This document shows, piece by piece, positions 27,850 through 37,720 of a stretch of 40,482 nt of DNA (position 1 is the first letter of the stretch; every line of letters begins with the position of its first letter). The stretch lies in assembly GCA_004347865.1 (NCBI GenBank), contig QNUZ01000001.1:1-40482 (forward strand). The letters run 5' to 3'. The notes beneath the pieces are model-generated. The model was not told where the DNA came from, did no database searches, and saw nothing but the letters and a program-made list of their open reading frames with translations. Both the position numbers and the translations under genes were made by a program. The DNA comes from Archaeoglobi archaeon. GTDB lineage: Archaea; Halobacteriota; Archaeoglobi; Archaeoglobales; Archaeoglobaceae.

Positions 27850-29076
27850 TCAGAAAGGTTTCTGGATCGTGGCATCAGGGAATACAGCAACCCTCTTTTT
27901 GTCTCTTCCGAGCTCTTCCAGAACTTCTTTCCAGCTTTTAACCTTGACTGCATTTTCGTGCACGACTTCGAATGCGGGCTGTTTTTCATGGAACTCTGAG
28001 AGCAGAATTACTTTACCGGCCTTATTAAGAGTATCTGGCGGCGGAAGATAGAGTGTTCCACCCCTTCTGCGCATCCCCCACCGTCCATGGACATAGTGGC
28101 TGACCTGTCCGCCTTTTGCATTGCAAACGAGCACTAAAGTTCCGCCCTCCTTAAGGCAAACCGTTGTCCAAGTTGCTATGGTTGCCTCGTTCGCCTTGGA
28201 GTAAGCGTTTGCTACAACAACGTCGAAATCGAATTCTAGCTGGGTCGAGTAGTGATCTCTGGCAACATCCACACCTCTTCTTTGAGCATCCACGACATCC
28301 CCAGCGAAAATGTGCGTGGAATCCCTTTTCGAGTTTATCAGTACGTTTACGATAAAGTCCAGCTTTGCCATTCTTGCAGCCTCTTCAGCATCTTTTCTCT
28401 GAATATTCTCCTCGTTAACCCTTCCGTATGCCATGCTGCAAGATGGGTGCAATTCCCTGAACTTCTCTGCGTAGCCCCATCCTCCGAGAATACCGTGCTT
28501 GTAGACTATGCTCCTGATTCCCGCAACCCCAGGAAGTACGATCTTTGCCCCTCCACCAAAGCCGAATTGCGGGTGTGGCAGAATCGAACCGATTGCAATC
28601 TTGAGGGGATGGCTCATGACTTCAGCATTAATTTCGATCGGATTACCATAGGAGGTTTCTCCCAAGTAGTCAAGATTCTGGTACGGATTGTGATTAAAAA
28701 CAGGATAGTTCTCCACTATTCTTTGGCCGAGTTTTGCAACGAAGTCTTCTCTGTCAAATGTGCCGTGAGCACCGTTTGCACAGACAAAAACGACTTCATC
28801 CATCTTTATTTCCTCTAAAATTAGCTCTGCAATCTCCCCAGCCTTTGTTGGTCTGGTGAGATCATCGAATATGATAACCGCGGAATCCTTGCCCTCTGCT
28901 AGCTTTTTCAGAGGTTTTGTCCCTATTGGGTTTCTCATTGCCTGCAGCATTTCTTCTCTGCTCAGAGCTCTGCAGCCATCGCCTTTCATTCTTAAAATGC
29001 TAACCTCCCAATCATCCGGAAAATCGAGCTCTATTTCCCTATCCTGCCAGATATGGCTAGGTAGCCGCACGATCAT
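27850..29076 (-). CDS. larA: LarA-family protein (nickel-pincer dependent lactate racemase-like, DUF2088)
   Basis: Motifs IIFDDLTRPT, CANGAHGTF and HPQFGFGGGAKIVLPG match the LarA family pattern; 408 aa. Confidence 0.7.
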   Translation of the reverse strand: MIVRLPSHIWQDREIELDFPDDWEVSILRMKGDGCRALSREEMLQAMRNPIGTKPLKKLAEGKDSAVIIFDDLTRPTKAGEIAELILEEIKMDEVVFVCANGAHGTFDREDFVAKLGQRIVENYPVFNHNPYQNLDYLGETSYGNPIEINAEVMSHPLKIAIGSILPHPQFGFGGGAKIVLPGVAGIRSIVYKHGILGGWGYAEKFRELHPSCSMAYGRVNEENIQRKDAEEAARMAKLDFIVNVLINSKRDSTHIFAGDVVDAQRRGVDVARDHYSTQLEFDFDVVVANAYSKANEATIATWTTVCLKEGGTLVLVCNAKGGQVSHYVHGRWGMRRRGGTLYLPPPDTLNKAGKVILLSEFHEKQPAFEVVHENAVKVKSWKEVLEELGRDKKRVAVFPDATIQKPF

Positions 29077-29082
29077 ATACCA

Positions 29083-30402
29083 TCACGGAATCCCCAATTT
29101 TCTGAATAGATTTCGAGCGGCAATAACGAGTGGGTCCCACACCCTTGAAACAGGGGGATAGTAGGGGAAATCGGTGAAGAAAAGATCTCTTACATTGGCC
29201 TTTTTGTAGAGAAGGGATGTTGCACCGTAGATTCTCATTCCAACACCATTACCCGCAGCTTGAACCCCCAAAAGCTTCCCGTTTTGATCGGCAACAACCT
29301 TTAGGTGGATCAAGCCATTTTGAAAGTATTTCGCAGAAGACTTTGATGTTACGAACGCTGAAACAACCTTGTAGCCCTCCTTTATTGCTTCGTATTCACT
29401 AAGGCCGACTTTTCCTATTTCCAGATCGTGAAAGCTTGTAAGCTGACACTTTACGGCGCCAGGATACTCGAGTTCGAATCCCGCAATATTTACTCCGGCG
29501 ACGTATCCCATCTTATTTGCAGGTGTTGCCAGATGGATCCAGTCGGGTTTTTCAGTCACTATGTTGAAGGTTTCTGCACAATCTCCTGCAGCATATATAC
29601 CCTCTTTATTTGTCTCCAGTTTTCTGTTTGTCCTTATAGCTCCGCTCTTTCCAAGTTTTACAATCTTTTTTGCCAGATCAACGTTCGGACGAACTCCAAT
29701 TGCTACTATAACAAAATCGCACTCGTACTCTGTTTTATCGGTGACGACTCTCTCAACTCTGTCCTTCCCCTCGAAGGCAACGACTTTTTCGCTGAGTCTT
29801 AAGTTTACGTATTTTTCCATTTCTGATTTTAAGATCGCAGCAATTTCAGCATCGTACTCTGGCAGCGGTCTTTCGGCGATCTCTATAACCGTAACTTTTT
29901 TGCCTAGTTTGGACACGGCATCTGCCATCTCAACTCCTATATAGCCCGATCCCACGATTACAATCTTTTCAGACTTTAGAGCCAGTCTTTTGATCTTTTC
30001 GGCTGCCAAAATGTCTTCAACATAGATTATGCCCTCTAGATCTTCGTTCTGCACGGCTAGCCTCTTTGGTTTAGCTCCAGTGGCAAAAAGGAGTTTGTCC
30101 CATTCATATTCTCTCTCTTTACCCATCTCCTCAACAACAAGAGAGTTTTCTGAAATATCTATGACTTCTGAGTTGGTGTGAACATCGATGTTTCTCTCAC
30201 TTCTGAAAAAGTTGGCGTCGTAAGTGCATAGTTCGTCAAAATGCTCGAAGAAGCCAGAGACATAGAATGGTATCCCACAAGGAGCATGGCTGACAAAATT
30301 GGTCTTTTCAAAGACTGAAACAATCCAGTCAGGCCTTATAGCTTTTATTCTTGAAGCTGCAGACATTCCCGCTGCTCCGCCACCGATTATAGCGACTCGC
30401 AC
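29083..30402 (-). CDS. NADH oxidase / CoA-disulfide reductase family flavoprotein
   Basis: VAIIGGGAAG, the single redox Cys motif SHAPCGIPF, a second dinucleotide fold VIVGSGYIGVE, and AAGDCA. Confidence 0.85.
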   Translation of the reverse strand: MRVAIIGGGAAGMSAASRIKAIRPDWIVSVFEKTNFVSHAPCGIPFYVSGFFEHFDELCTYDANFFRSERNIDVHTNSEVIDISENSLVVEEMGKEREYEWDKLLFATGAKPKRLAVQNEDLEGIIYVEDILAAEKIKRLALKSEKIVIVGSGYIGVEMADAVSKLGKKVTVIEIAERPLPEYDAEIAAILKSEMEKYVNLRLSEKVVAFEGKDRVERVVTDKTEYECDFVIVAIGVRPNVDLAKKIVKLGKSGAIRTNRKLETNKEGIYAAGDCAETFNIVTEKPDWIHLATPANKMGYVAGVNIAGFELEYPGAVKCQLTSFHDLEIGKVGLSEYEAIKEGYKVVSAFVTSKSSAKYFQNGLIHLKVVADQNGKLLGVQAAGNGVGMRIYGATSLLYKKANVRDLFFTDFPYYPPVSRVWDPLVIAARNLFRKLGIP

Positions 30403-30469
30403 ATACCGTATGTTTAATTGAATTTTTAAATTTTTCTGTCAAAAAATGATAAAAAGTTTGTTAAAAAAG

Positions 30470-30892
30470 TTATTCGAGGGGAACAATTTTCTTCTCTTTT
30501 GCTTCCTTGGGTATTGTAATCTCCAGAACCCCGTTTCTGTAACTGGCCTTCGCAGAATCCGTGTTTAAACCTTCTGGAAGCGCAATTTTCCTGTATACCC
30601 TGCCGTATCTTCTTTCCTTCCTTATGAAATCCTTCTGCTTTTCTTCAGCCTCTTTTTTGCTTTCGGCTTTTATAACGAGGTTATTCCCTTCAAAGAACAC
30701 TTCTAACTCGTCCTTCTCGAAACCCGGCAGATCTGCCAAAACTTTAATTTTGTCTCCCTCGTCGATCAAATCGACTGCAGTTCCAAGCTCTCTAAAAGGT
30801 TCAATGCCCTCTAGGAACATTTTGTTCAGCTTTTCCACAGTTCTTCTCAGTTCCTCAAAGGGGTCCAGCCTCCACATATCTTTCACCTCCAA
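30470..30892 (-). CDS. hsp20: Small heat-shock protein (Hsp20 / alpha-crystallin family)
   Basis: Alpha-crystallin domain (DLPGFEKDELEVFFEGNNLVIKAE...GVLEITIPK). The likely true start is ATG 30877 (MWRLDPFEEL), 6 nt after ggaggtg. Confidence 0.9.
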   Translation of the reverse strand: MEVKDMWRLDPFEELRRTVEKLNKMFLEGIEPFRELGTAVDLIDEGDKIKVLADLPGFEKDELEVFFEGNNLVIKAESKKEAEEKQKDFIRKERRYGRVYRKIALPEGLNTDSAKASYRNGVLEITIPKEAKEKKIVPLE

Positions 30893-30895
30893 TTA

Positions 30896-30910
30896 CTAAC
30901 CTAATGTTAG
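30896..30910. promoter_or_regulatory. HSR1-type heat-shock repressor operator (CTAAC-N5-GTTAG) between the TATA box and the hsp20 start
   Basis: Exact palindrome CTAAC-ctaat-GTTAG. On the - strand the order is tttataaa (TATA) - 8 nt - CTAACattagGTTAG - taattGGAGGTGaaagatATG. This motif was reported as the HSR1 site at Archaeoglobus fulgidus hsp20 and hsr1 promoters. Confidence 0.65.
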
Positions 30911-30981
30911 GGTTTAAGTTTATAAACTTTTCGATTAAAATTCAACCGCAAAATCTATAAATTGGATGCTCATGCATCGTT

Positions 30982-33507
30982 ATGCGTAAGCTTGGTAGGA
31001 AGTTGTATTTGCTGATATTGGTAATCCCAGTACTCCTGGCGGTTCAGTTAAGGATTCTCAATCCCTGGAATAGCGTTTTTACTTTTACCGTGCTCCTGTA
31101 TGAGAACGATCCGTGGTACTACTACCGCCTGATAGAGAACTGCATTCACAACTTTCCTTCGAGGATCTGGTTCGATCCAATGACGCAGTACCCCTTCGGA
31201 ACCTATACCCACTTTGGCCCCTTCTTGGTCTACCTAAGCGCAGTGATTGCGATGCTGGCTGGTGCAACGAGCGGTGAGGCCTTGAGGAGCGTTTTAGTCT
31301 TTATACCTGCATTTGGAGGAATAATGACGATATTTGCCGTCTTTTTCCTTGCAAGAAGTGTTTTTGGCGAAAGGGCCGCATTTATTTCGGCGCTGCTGAT
31401 CTCGATAATTCCGGGTCAATTTTTGCAGAGAAGCATGCTGGGATTCAACGATCATCACGTCTGGGAGGTTTTCTGGATCTGCATTTCATTGGCCTTCTTC
31501 ATACTTATCCTTGAGGGGGAGTGGAATAGAAGGGGAATCCTTTGCGCCATCTTCGGCGGTATAAGCTTCGGATTGTACATTCTGAGCTGGGCCGCCGCTT
31601 TTGCTTTTGGCCTTCTGATCCTCTCTGTTCTGGTTTTCGCAATTCTTTTAAAAATAAGGATTCCAGAAAACGTTTTCAAGCTAACGATTATCTACTTCTT
31701 CCTTGCGATCCTCACCTATCTGCCCTTCTCCTTTAATGCACCGAACAGTCCCGTTTGGTATTCTCCTATGCAGTTGAGTATGCTGGCATTCTATGCGGTT
31801 TCGACTTTCTTTCTCTGGCAGTTCGACTCAAATTATGAGAAATTGAGGAGATTTGTGAGGATAGGAAAGGAAACTGCGCTTTCAATTTTTGTAATCTTGG
31901 GTTTGATCCTGATATCCTACATCTTTCCCGAGTTCTCATTAACGGTCGGAAGCATTTCCGGATATCTTCAGCCAAGAGGCGGAGCTTTGACGATCGGGGA
32001 AGTTTATCCCTTCTTCTACTTAGGAGGTTCCTTCTCTCTAGCTCCAGCACTTCTGCATTTTGGAATTACCTTCTTCTTTGCAGTCCCTGCAATTCTTTAT
32101 ATCTTCTACCGCTTTTATCGGGCGAAGGATCTAAAGGACTTCACTATTCTGCTCTGGGCTTTGGCATTGTTTGTGGCACTCTGGGGGCAGAACAGATTTG
32201 CATACTACTTTGCCGCGGTTTGTGCGGTTTATGCTGGCTTTGCGTTGGATCTGATATTTGAAAAAATGCATGTTTACAGGCTGGTGGGTGGGGAAAGGAG
32301 TGTTAAGGGCAAAAGGAGTGTAAGCAAGTTCAGGGTTGCGATTGCGATTCTTCTGGCATTCATTCTGATATATCCTACATACCGCATAGCCGAGATTCAA
32401 AGCAGTGGGGGCGGGGGTATAAACAAGCAGTGGTACGACGCCATGGTCTGGTTGAGAAACAAAACTCCCGACAACGGATATGAGGAGTACTACTATCAGC
32501 TTTATCCCCCCGGAAAGCCGGGAGAAAAATACAGCTACCCATTCGAGACCTATGGTGTTATCAGTTGGTGGGATTACGGCCACTGGATCCTTGCGATAGG
32601 CAAAAGAATGGCAGTTGCAAATCCCTTCCAGCAGGGAATAGGTAACTTCTACGATAAGATTCCCGGAGCTGCGCCGTTTTTCGTTACAGACAACGAAAGC
32701 TATGCGGAATGGGTTGCCGATGAGCTGAATGTGCGTTACGTTGTAAGCGACATAGAGATGGCCACAGGGAAGTTCTTTGCCATGGCTACATGGGCAGAGG
32801 GAGATCTGCCTTTGGCAGAAAAGTACTATGATGGCTATCTATTCTACTCTCAGGGGTATTTAGGGGTTGGTTCACCGTATCAGATTCCTCCGGGCTCGAT
32901 TGTGTTTATGGTAACTCCAAGTGAGCTTTATTATAATACAATGGAGGCAAAATTGCACATTCTCGATGGTTCAGGCCTGTCTCACTACAGAATGGTCTAT
33001 GAAAGCGAACCAAGTGGAGAATGGAGTAACTATCTCAGCTCTTCTTTCGGCCAGCTGGATCCGCTGCAGATAGCAGTCCAGGAATCAGTCTCAAGAGCTA
33101 ATTATGGGCTATCTCCCAGCTTTTCTGCGCAGGAAGTGCTGATCAAGTTTGTCTATAAGAATTTGTATCAGAACAGAACAGGTATACCGGTCGAGCTAAA
33201 CGCTACTGGTTACGTTAAGATCTTCGAAAGAGTAAAGGGTATTACTGTGAAGGGCAAGGCGAACTCAGAATTCGTGGAAGTCAATGCAACAATAAAGACG
33301 AATCAAGGCAGAACATTCGAGTACTATAAGAAGGTGGACGTAATAAACGGCGTGTACGAGGTCACTCTGCCATATTCTCATGATTCGAGCTACGAAACCG
33401 GGCCTATAACCCCATACAGTTTCAGAGCGGGCAACATAACGAAAACTCTAACGGTCTCTGAAGATCAGGTTTTAAGAGGGGAAGTACTGGAATTAGATTT
33501 AATCTAG
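30982..33507 (+). CDS. aglB: Archaeal oligosaccharyltransferase AglB (STT3 homologue), long form
   Basis: 841 aa with a multi-pass transmembrane N-terminal half, the WWDYGHW motif and a soluble C-terminal domain. Confidence 0.9.
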   Translation: MRKLGRKLYLLILVIPVLLAVQLRILNPWNSVFTFTVLLYENDPWYYYRLIENCIHNFPSRIWFDPMTQYPFGTYTHFGPFLVYLSAVIAMLAGATSGEALRSVLVFIPAFGGIMTIFAVFFLARSVFGERAAFISALLISIIPGQFLQRSMLGFNDHHVWEVFWICISLAFFILILEGEWNRRGILCAIFGGISFGLYILSWAAAFAFGLLILSVLVFAILLKIRIPENVFKLTIIYFFLAILTYLPFSFNAPNSPVWYSPMQLSMLAFYAVSTFFLWQFDSNYEKLRRFVRIGKETALSIFVILGLILISYIFPEFSLTVGSISGYLQPRGGALTIGEVYPFFYLGGSFSLAPALLHFGITFFFAVPAILYIFYRFYRAKDLKDFTILLWALALFVALWGQNRFAYYFAAVCAVYAGFALDLIFEKMHVYRLVGGERSVKGKRSVSKFRVAIAILLAFILIYPTYRIAEIQSSGGGGINKQWYDAMVWLRNKTPDNGYEEYYYQLYPPGKPGEKYSYPFETYGVISWWDYGHWILAIGKRMAVANPFQQGIGNFYDKIPGAAPFFVTDNESYAEWVADELNVRYVVSDIEMATGKFFAMATWAEGDLPLAEKYYDGYLFYSQGYLGVGSPYQIPPGSIVFMVTPSELYYNTMEAKLHILDGSGLSHYRMVYESEPSGEWSNYLSSSFGQLDPLQIAVQESVSRANYGLSPSFSAQEVLIKFVYKNLYQNRTGIPVELNATGYVKIFERVKGITVKGKANSEFVEVNATIKTNQGRTFEYYKKVDVINGVYEVTLPYSHDSSYETGPITPYSFRAGNITKTLTVSEDQVLRGEVLELDLI

Positions 33508-33610
33508 CAGGGTTTGAATTTTTAACTTTTTAATCTATCTTTCTCACTCTGGAAGGTAGCTCACAAAACCAAAATTTTTTTAAGTTCGAAGTTGAGAATG
33601 TAGATACAAA

Positions 33611-33681
33611 GCCAGGGTGGCAGAGCGGCCATGCGGCGGACTGCAGATCCGCTGACCCCGGTTCAAATCCGGGCCCTGGCT
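33611..33681 (+). tRNA. tRNA-Cys (anticodon GCA)
   Basis: Hand-folded cloverleaf: acceptor GCCAGGG/CCCTGGC, anticodon stem GCGGA/TCCGC with loop CTGCAGA, T arm CCCGG-TTCAAAT-CCGGG, discriminator U as expected for Cys. Confidence 0.9.
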
Positions 33682-33696
33682 GATTTAGATCTCCAA

Positions 33697-34029
33697 TTAA
33701 CCCTTTTTGGACTCTGAAAGAGCTTTGTTGATCTCTTCGAGAAGTTCCTCGTCACTTTTTCCCTCTGGATTTATTCCCAGATCTTTGGCGATCTTCTCTA
33801 GCTTTTTCCTCTTCTCTTCTTTGGATGCTTTTAGATCTTTTTCGAGATCTCTTAGCTCCATTTCTGCTTCTTTCTGGGCTTTTTTGAACTCCGCAACGCC
33901 TCTACCAAGATTTCTTGCGAGCTCCGGTATTTTGCTGGCACCAAAAAGTAGCAAAACCACCACTATGATCAATATGAGCTCCTGGGTTCCGAGTATTTGC
34001 ATTTCTAGAAACGCCATTCCCGCCTGCAT
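33697..34029 (-). CDS. tatA: Twin-arginine translocase subunit TatA/E
   Basis: [35 protein letters not shown], followed by a charged amphipathic tail. The probable start is ATG 34002 (MQILGTQEL). Confidence 0.85.
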   Translation of the reverse strand: MQAGMAFLEMQILGTQELILIIVVVLLLFGASKIPELARNLGRGVAEFKKAQKEAEMELRDLEKDLKASKEEKRKKLEKIAKDLGINPEGKSDEELLEEINKALSESKKG

Positions 34030-34078
34030 TGCCGGTATTTGTATATAGGAGTAAAAAAGTTTTCCTTTCCAGTTTTGG

Positions 34079-35296
34079 TTGCAAGCTTATATAACCCGTG
34101 GTCTAGGCAGAAGCATGAAGGTTGTACTTGCCTACTCTGGTGGACTTGACACGACAGTTTGCATTTTCCTACTCAGGGAGAGATACGGTTTTGATGAGGT
34201 AATCACAGCCACCGTCGACATCGGACTTCCGGAATCGGAGTTGAGGAGGGCTGAAGAGAGGGGGAAGAGGTATGCGGACAGGCATTATACTATTGACGCC
34301 AGAAAAGAGTTTTTAGAGGCGATTCACAGACTAATAAAGGCAAATGGGGATTACGAGGGCTACGTGCTGGGAACCGCGATTGCTAGGCCAATAATCGCGG
34401 AAAAAGTCGCTGAAGTTGCGATAAGCGAAAAGGCCGATGCAGTGGCCCACGGCTGCACGGGGAAAGGGAACGATCAGCTTAGATTTGAGAACGTCTTCAG
34501 ACAGTACAATTTCAGAGTAGTAGCGCCTGTGAGAGAACTGAACCTGACAAGGGAGTGGGAAATAGAGTATGCGAGACAGCATGGAATTGAAGTCCCGGCA
34601 ACAAAGGAGAGACCCTACAGCGTGGATGAGAATTTGTGGAGCAGAAGTATAGAAGGGGGGAACTTGGAGAATCCGGCCTTTATACCCCCCGAGGAAATAT
34701 ATGAGTGGACCACATCTCCTGAAAAGGCTCCTGAAAGGCCTGAGGTTATAAAGATAAGCTTTGAAAAGGGCGTTCCGGTTGCTGTAAACGATCGGGAGCT
34801 AGAACCTTTTGAGCTTGTTAGATTTTTGAACGAAATTGGCGGGAGGCATGGAATTGGAAGAACTGATATGATAGAAGACAGGGTACTCGGATTGAAGGCG
34901 AGGGAGAACTACGAGCATCCCGCGGCAACTATACTGATCACAGCCCACAGAGATCTGGAGAGGCTGGTTCTGAGCAGAAGAGAGCTGAAATTCAAGAAAA
35001 TCGTTGAGGAAGAATGGGCAGAACTGGTTTACTACGGCCTTACAAATGATCCACTTTACGAGGCTCTTAACGCCTTCATAGATAAGACTCAGGAGAGGGT
35101 TACCGGCTGGGTGAAGCTAAGGCTGTATAAGGGATCTGTTATGCCAGTCGCTAGGGGCTCGGAATTTGCACTGTATTCAGAGGAACTCGTTTCATTCGAT
35201 ACCAAGGCTATAGATCAGAAGCTTTCCGAAGGTTTTGCAGCTTTTCATGGATTGCAGGGTAGGATATACCAGAGGCTTAAAAGGGAAAGGCTATGA
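34079..35296 (+). CDS. argG: Argininosuccinate synthase
   Basis: [13 protein letters not shown] (PP-loop), [10 protein letters not shown] and typical length. The probable start is ATG 34115 rather than the listed TTG 34079. Confidence 0.92.
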   Translation: MQAYITRGLGRSMKVVLAYSGGLDTTVCIFLLRERYGFDEVITATVDIGLPESELRRAEERGKRYADRHYTIDARKEFLEAIHRLIKANGDYEGYVLGTAIARPIIAEKVAEVAISEKADAVAHGCTGKGNDQLRFENVFRQYNFRVVAPVRELNLTREWEIEYARQHGIEVPATKERPYSVDENLWSRSIEGGNLENPAFIPPEEIYEWTTSPEKAPERPEVIKISFEKGVPVAVNDRELEPFELVRFLNEIGGRHGIGRTDMIEDRVLGLKARENYEHPAATILITAHRDLERLVLSRRELKFKKIVEEEWAELVYYGLTNDPLYEALNAFIDKTQERVTGWVKLRLYKGSVMPVARGSEFALYSEELVSFDTKAIDQKLSEGFAAFHGLQGRIYQRLKRERL

Positions 35297-35982
35297 GGAT
35301 CGCGATAATAAGCGTCGGAAATGAACTGCTCAAGGGAGATACTGTAAACACTAATGCGAGTTACATAGCTAAAAAGCTAACGGAGATAGGTCACGAGGTT
35401 AGGAGAATAATAGTGATCCCGGATAATGTGGGGGAGATAGCCGATGAGGTTAGGAAGGCATCCCAGTTATACGATTTTGTAATAGTGACCGGTGGGCTAG
35501 GAGCAACTCATGACGATGTAACGAACGAGGGGATAGCCAAGGCTCTGGAAAGAAAACTTTGCGTCAACGAGGAAGTTTACGAGTATCTTAAGGGCATAAG
35601 TGATAACGAGTTTGCAGTGAGGAAAATATCTTCGGTTCCTGAAGGTGCGGAAATAGTCTGGAACGATGTTGGGGCGGCCCCAGCCTACATAGTTGAGAAC
35701 ATCGCAGTGATGCCCGGGGTTCCAGAAGAGATGAGGAATACTTTTGAAAAAATTTTAAAGAGATTCGAGAGGCTCGAGTACTTCCAAGAAGAGGTGAGAG
35801 TCGACGGCTATGAAGTGCAGATCCTCGAAGAGCTAAACAAAGTGGTTGAAGAGTTTCCTGATGTTGAAATAGGTTCTTATCCGAAGTTGGGTTATGTAAT
35901 TGTTAGGTTTTCGGGAAAAAATAAGGTTAGAGTTAAAAAGGCGGTTGAGCGGTTCAGGGAGCTTTTAGGTAAGAGAGTATGA
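35293..35982 (+). CDS. CinA-like MoCF-binding domain protein (COG1058 type)
   Basis: [27 protein letters not shown]...[16 protein letters not shown] is the typical CinA N-terminal / MoaB-MogA-like fold. 4-nt overlap with argG. Confidence 0.7.
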   Translation: MRIAIISVGNELLKGDTVNTNASYIAKKLTEIGHEVRRIIVIPDNVGEIADEVRKASQLYDFVIVTGGLGATHDDVTNEGIAKALERKLCVNEEVYEYLKGISDNEFAVRKISSVPEGAEIVWNDVGAAPAYIVENIAVMPGVPEEMRNTFEKILKRFERLEYFQEEVRVDGYEVQILEELNKVVEEFPDVEIGSYPKLGYVIVRFSGKNKVRVKKAVERFRELLGKRV

Positions 35983-37190
35983 TATATGGGAAGATCTTTT
36001 ACAATGGCGAATTCATTGAGGCTGGAATTGAAGTTGAAAATGGAAGAATCAAGAGAATAGGAAAGCTCCTGAAAGGTAGAAGAGTTGAGGGGGTGATTTT
36101 ACCTGCAGGAATTGATGTACACGTTCACTTTAGGGATTTCGATGAAAAGCACAAGGAGACAATTGAGACCGGAAGCCTTGCGGCCCTGCATGGCGGAATA
36201 TGTCTGGCTGTTGACCAGCCGAATACAAGACCCTTGGTGGATAGCGAGGAATCCTATTTTCAGAGGATGGAGAAGGCCGAAAAGTGCACCTATGTAGACT
36301 ACGCGCTGAATTTGGCGCTGACCAATAATAATGCCAACAGATTGGAGGAGATAATCAAAAAAATCCAGAGAAAATATTTTTTACCAGCAGTTGGTGAAGC
36401 CTTCCTGCAGAATGAAAGAAAAGAGCTGGAAATAAGCTATGAAACTCTTAAGGCAGCTTCTATGGTAAATGCGAAGATAACAGTACATGCGGAAGATCCT
36501 AGGTTTGTGAGGGTAGGGCAACCGAACTTTCTATTCAGAAGCAGGGAGGCGGAAGTTGTTGCTGTAGAGGAGTGCGAAAAGATAGGAAACTTTCATTTCT
36601 GCCATCTCTCGACAAAAGAAGCCGTTGAAAGGGTTACAAGGGGTACTTTCGAGGTTACACCACACCATATTCTTCTAAGCGTAGAAGACTATGATAGACT
36701 GGGCGAACTTGTGAATGTAAACCCACCCCTGAGACAGAAGCGCGACTCCGAATGGCTTTTGAAGAATTTTTCGAGGATTCAGCTTCTGGCATCGGATCAC
36801 GCCCCACACACGATTGAGGACAAGAAGATGGGTTCTGCTGGATTTCCGGGAGTTGAGACTATGTATCCTATTTTTGTCTATCTTGCAAAAATTGGTGTTG
36901 TGGGATTTGGAGAACTTGTTGAAAAGATCGCTGTTAATCCCTCGAAATTGTTTGGATTTAGAGAGTATGGAAGTTTGGAAGTTGGAAAGCTTGCCAACTT
37001 TGTGGTTTTTGATTTGAAAGACGTTCAGAAAATAAGATCGGATAAACTTCATTCTCTCTGTGATTGGACACCATACGAGGGATTTAAAGCAGTTTTTCCT
37101 AGGGAGGTGTATATCAGAGGAGAGGAAGTTCTTCAGAGTGGTATCAGGGCAGGAAAAATTTTGAAATTAAACAAAAAATTTATTAGCTAA
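35979..37190 (+). CDS. pyrC: Dihydroorotase
   Basis: GIDVHVHFRDF..HKETIETGSLAALHGGICLAVDQPNT, ASDHAPH. Amidohydrolase metal ligands fit the PyrC pattern; 403 aa. Confidence 0.8.
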   Translation: MIYGKIFYNGEFIEAGIEVENGRIKRIGKLLKGRRVEGVILPAGIDVHVHFRDFDEKHKETIETGSLAALHGGICLAVDQPNTRPLVDSEESYFQRMEKAEKCTYVDYALNLALTNNNANRLEEIIKKIQRKYFLPAVGEAFLQNERKELEISYETLKAASMVNAKITVHAEDPRFVRVGQPNFLFRSREAEVVAVEECEKIGNFHFCHLSTKEAVERVTRGTFEVTPHHILLSVEDYDRLGELVNVNPPLRQKRDSEWLLKNFSRIQLLASDHAPHTIEDKKMGSAGFPGVETMYPIFVYLAKIGVVGFGELVEKIAVNPSKLFGFREYGSLEVGKLANFVVFDLKDVQKIRSDKLHSLCDWTPYEGFKAVFPREVYIRGEEVLQSGIRAGKILKLNKKFIS

Positions 37191-37201
37191 AGGTTAATTA
37201 T

Positions 37202-37570
37202 TTGATAATGGAAACAAGAATTTTAATCGTAGATGATGATCCGAGCATTCGAGAAATCGTAAAGATAATGCTCAAGGACTATGAGGTAATTGAAGCCTCA
37301 AACGGGAGAGAGGCCGTAATAATTTACAAAAATCTTAATCCAGACATCGTTTTAATGGATATAAGTATGCCGGAAATAGATGGTGTCGAGGCTACGAAAG
37401 AAATTATGAAAATAAATCCCAAAGCGGTTGTAATCGGTTTAACTGCATTTTCGAGAACAAGAGGAAGCGAATTGCTGAGTGCTGGTGCCGTAGGGATAAT
37501 AAACAAACCATTTACAAGAAAAATTTTGAAGGAGACCATAGAGAAGTTTTTAGCAAAACCAGTTGTTTGA
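37202..37570 (+). CDS. CheY-like receiver-only response regulator (paralogue of 5620..6003)
   Basis: ILIVDDD...DIVLMDISMPEIDG...NKPF. It aligns along its whole length with the 5620..6003 product and has no output domain. Confidence 0.85.
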   Translation: MIMETRILIVDDDPSIREIVKIMLKDYEVIEASNGREAVIIYKNLNPDIVLMDISMPEIDGVEATKEIMKINPKAVVIGLTAFSRTRGSELLSAGAVGIINKPFTRKILKETIEKFLAKPVV

Positions 37571-37720
37571 GAAATGCATTGGAAGAATAATGTCGGGAAA
37601 ACGCCGGAAGCCTTTGATTTAAGGGAGATATGGCTCAATCGAATTTGGAAAGTTTTCAGGCAGAATACAATTCCGAGAAAAATTTAAATTTGTTGGATTG
37701 ACGGACTATCAGGTGGGAAG

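Noticed and set aside
37600-37611. The 12-mer aacgccggaagc, identical to part of repeat copy A, as a possible additional repeat fragment.
   Set aside because: There is no flanking similarity. One chance 12-mer match between a 120-nt query and an 80-kb search space is roughly what is expected.
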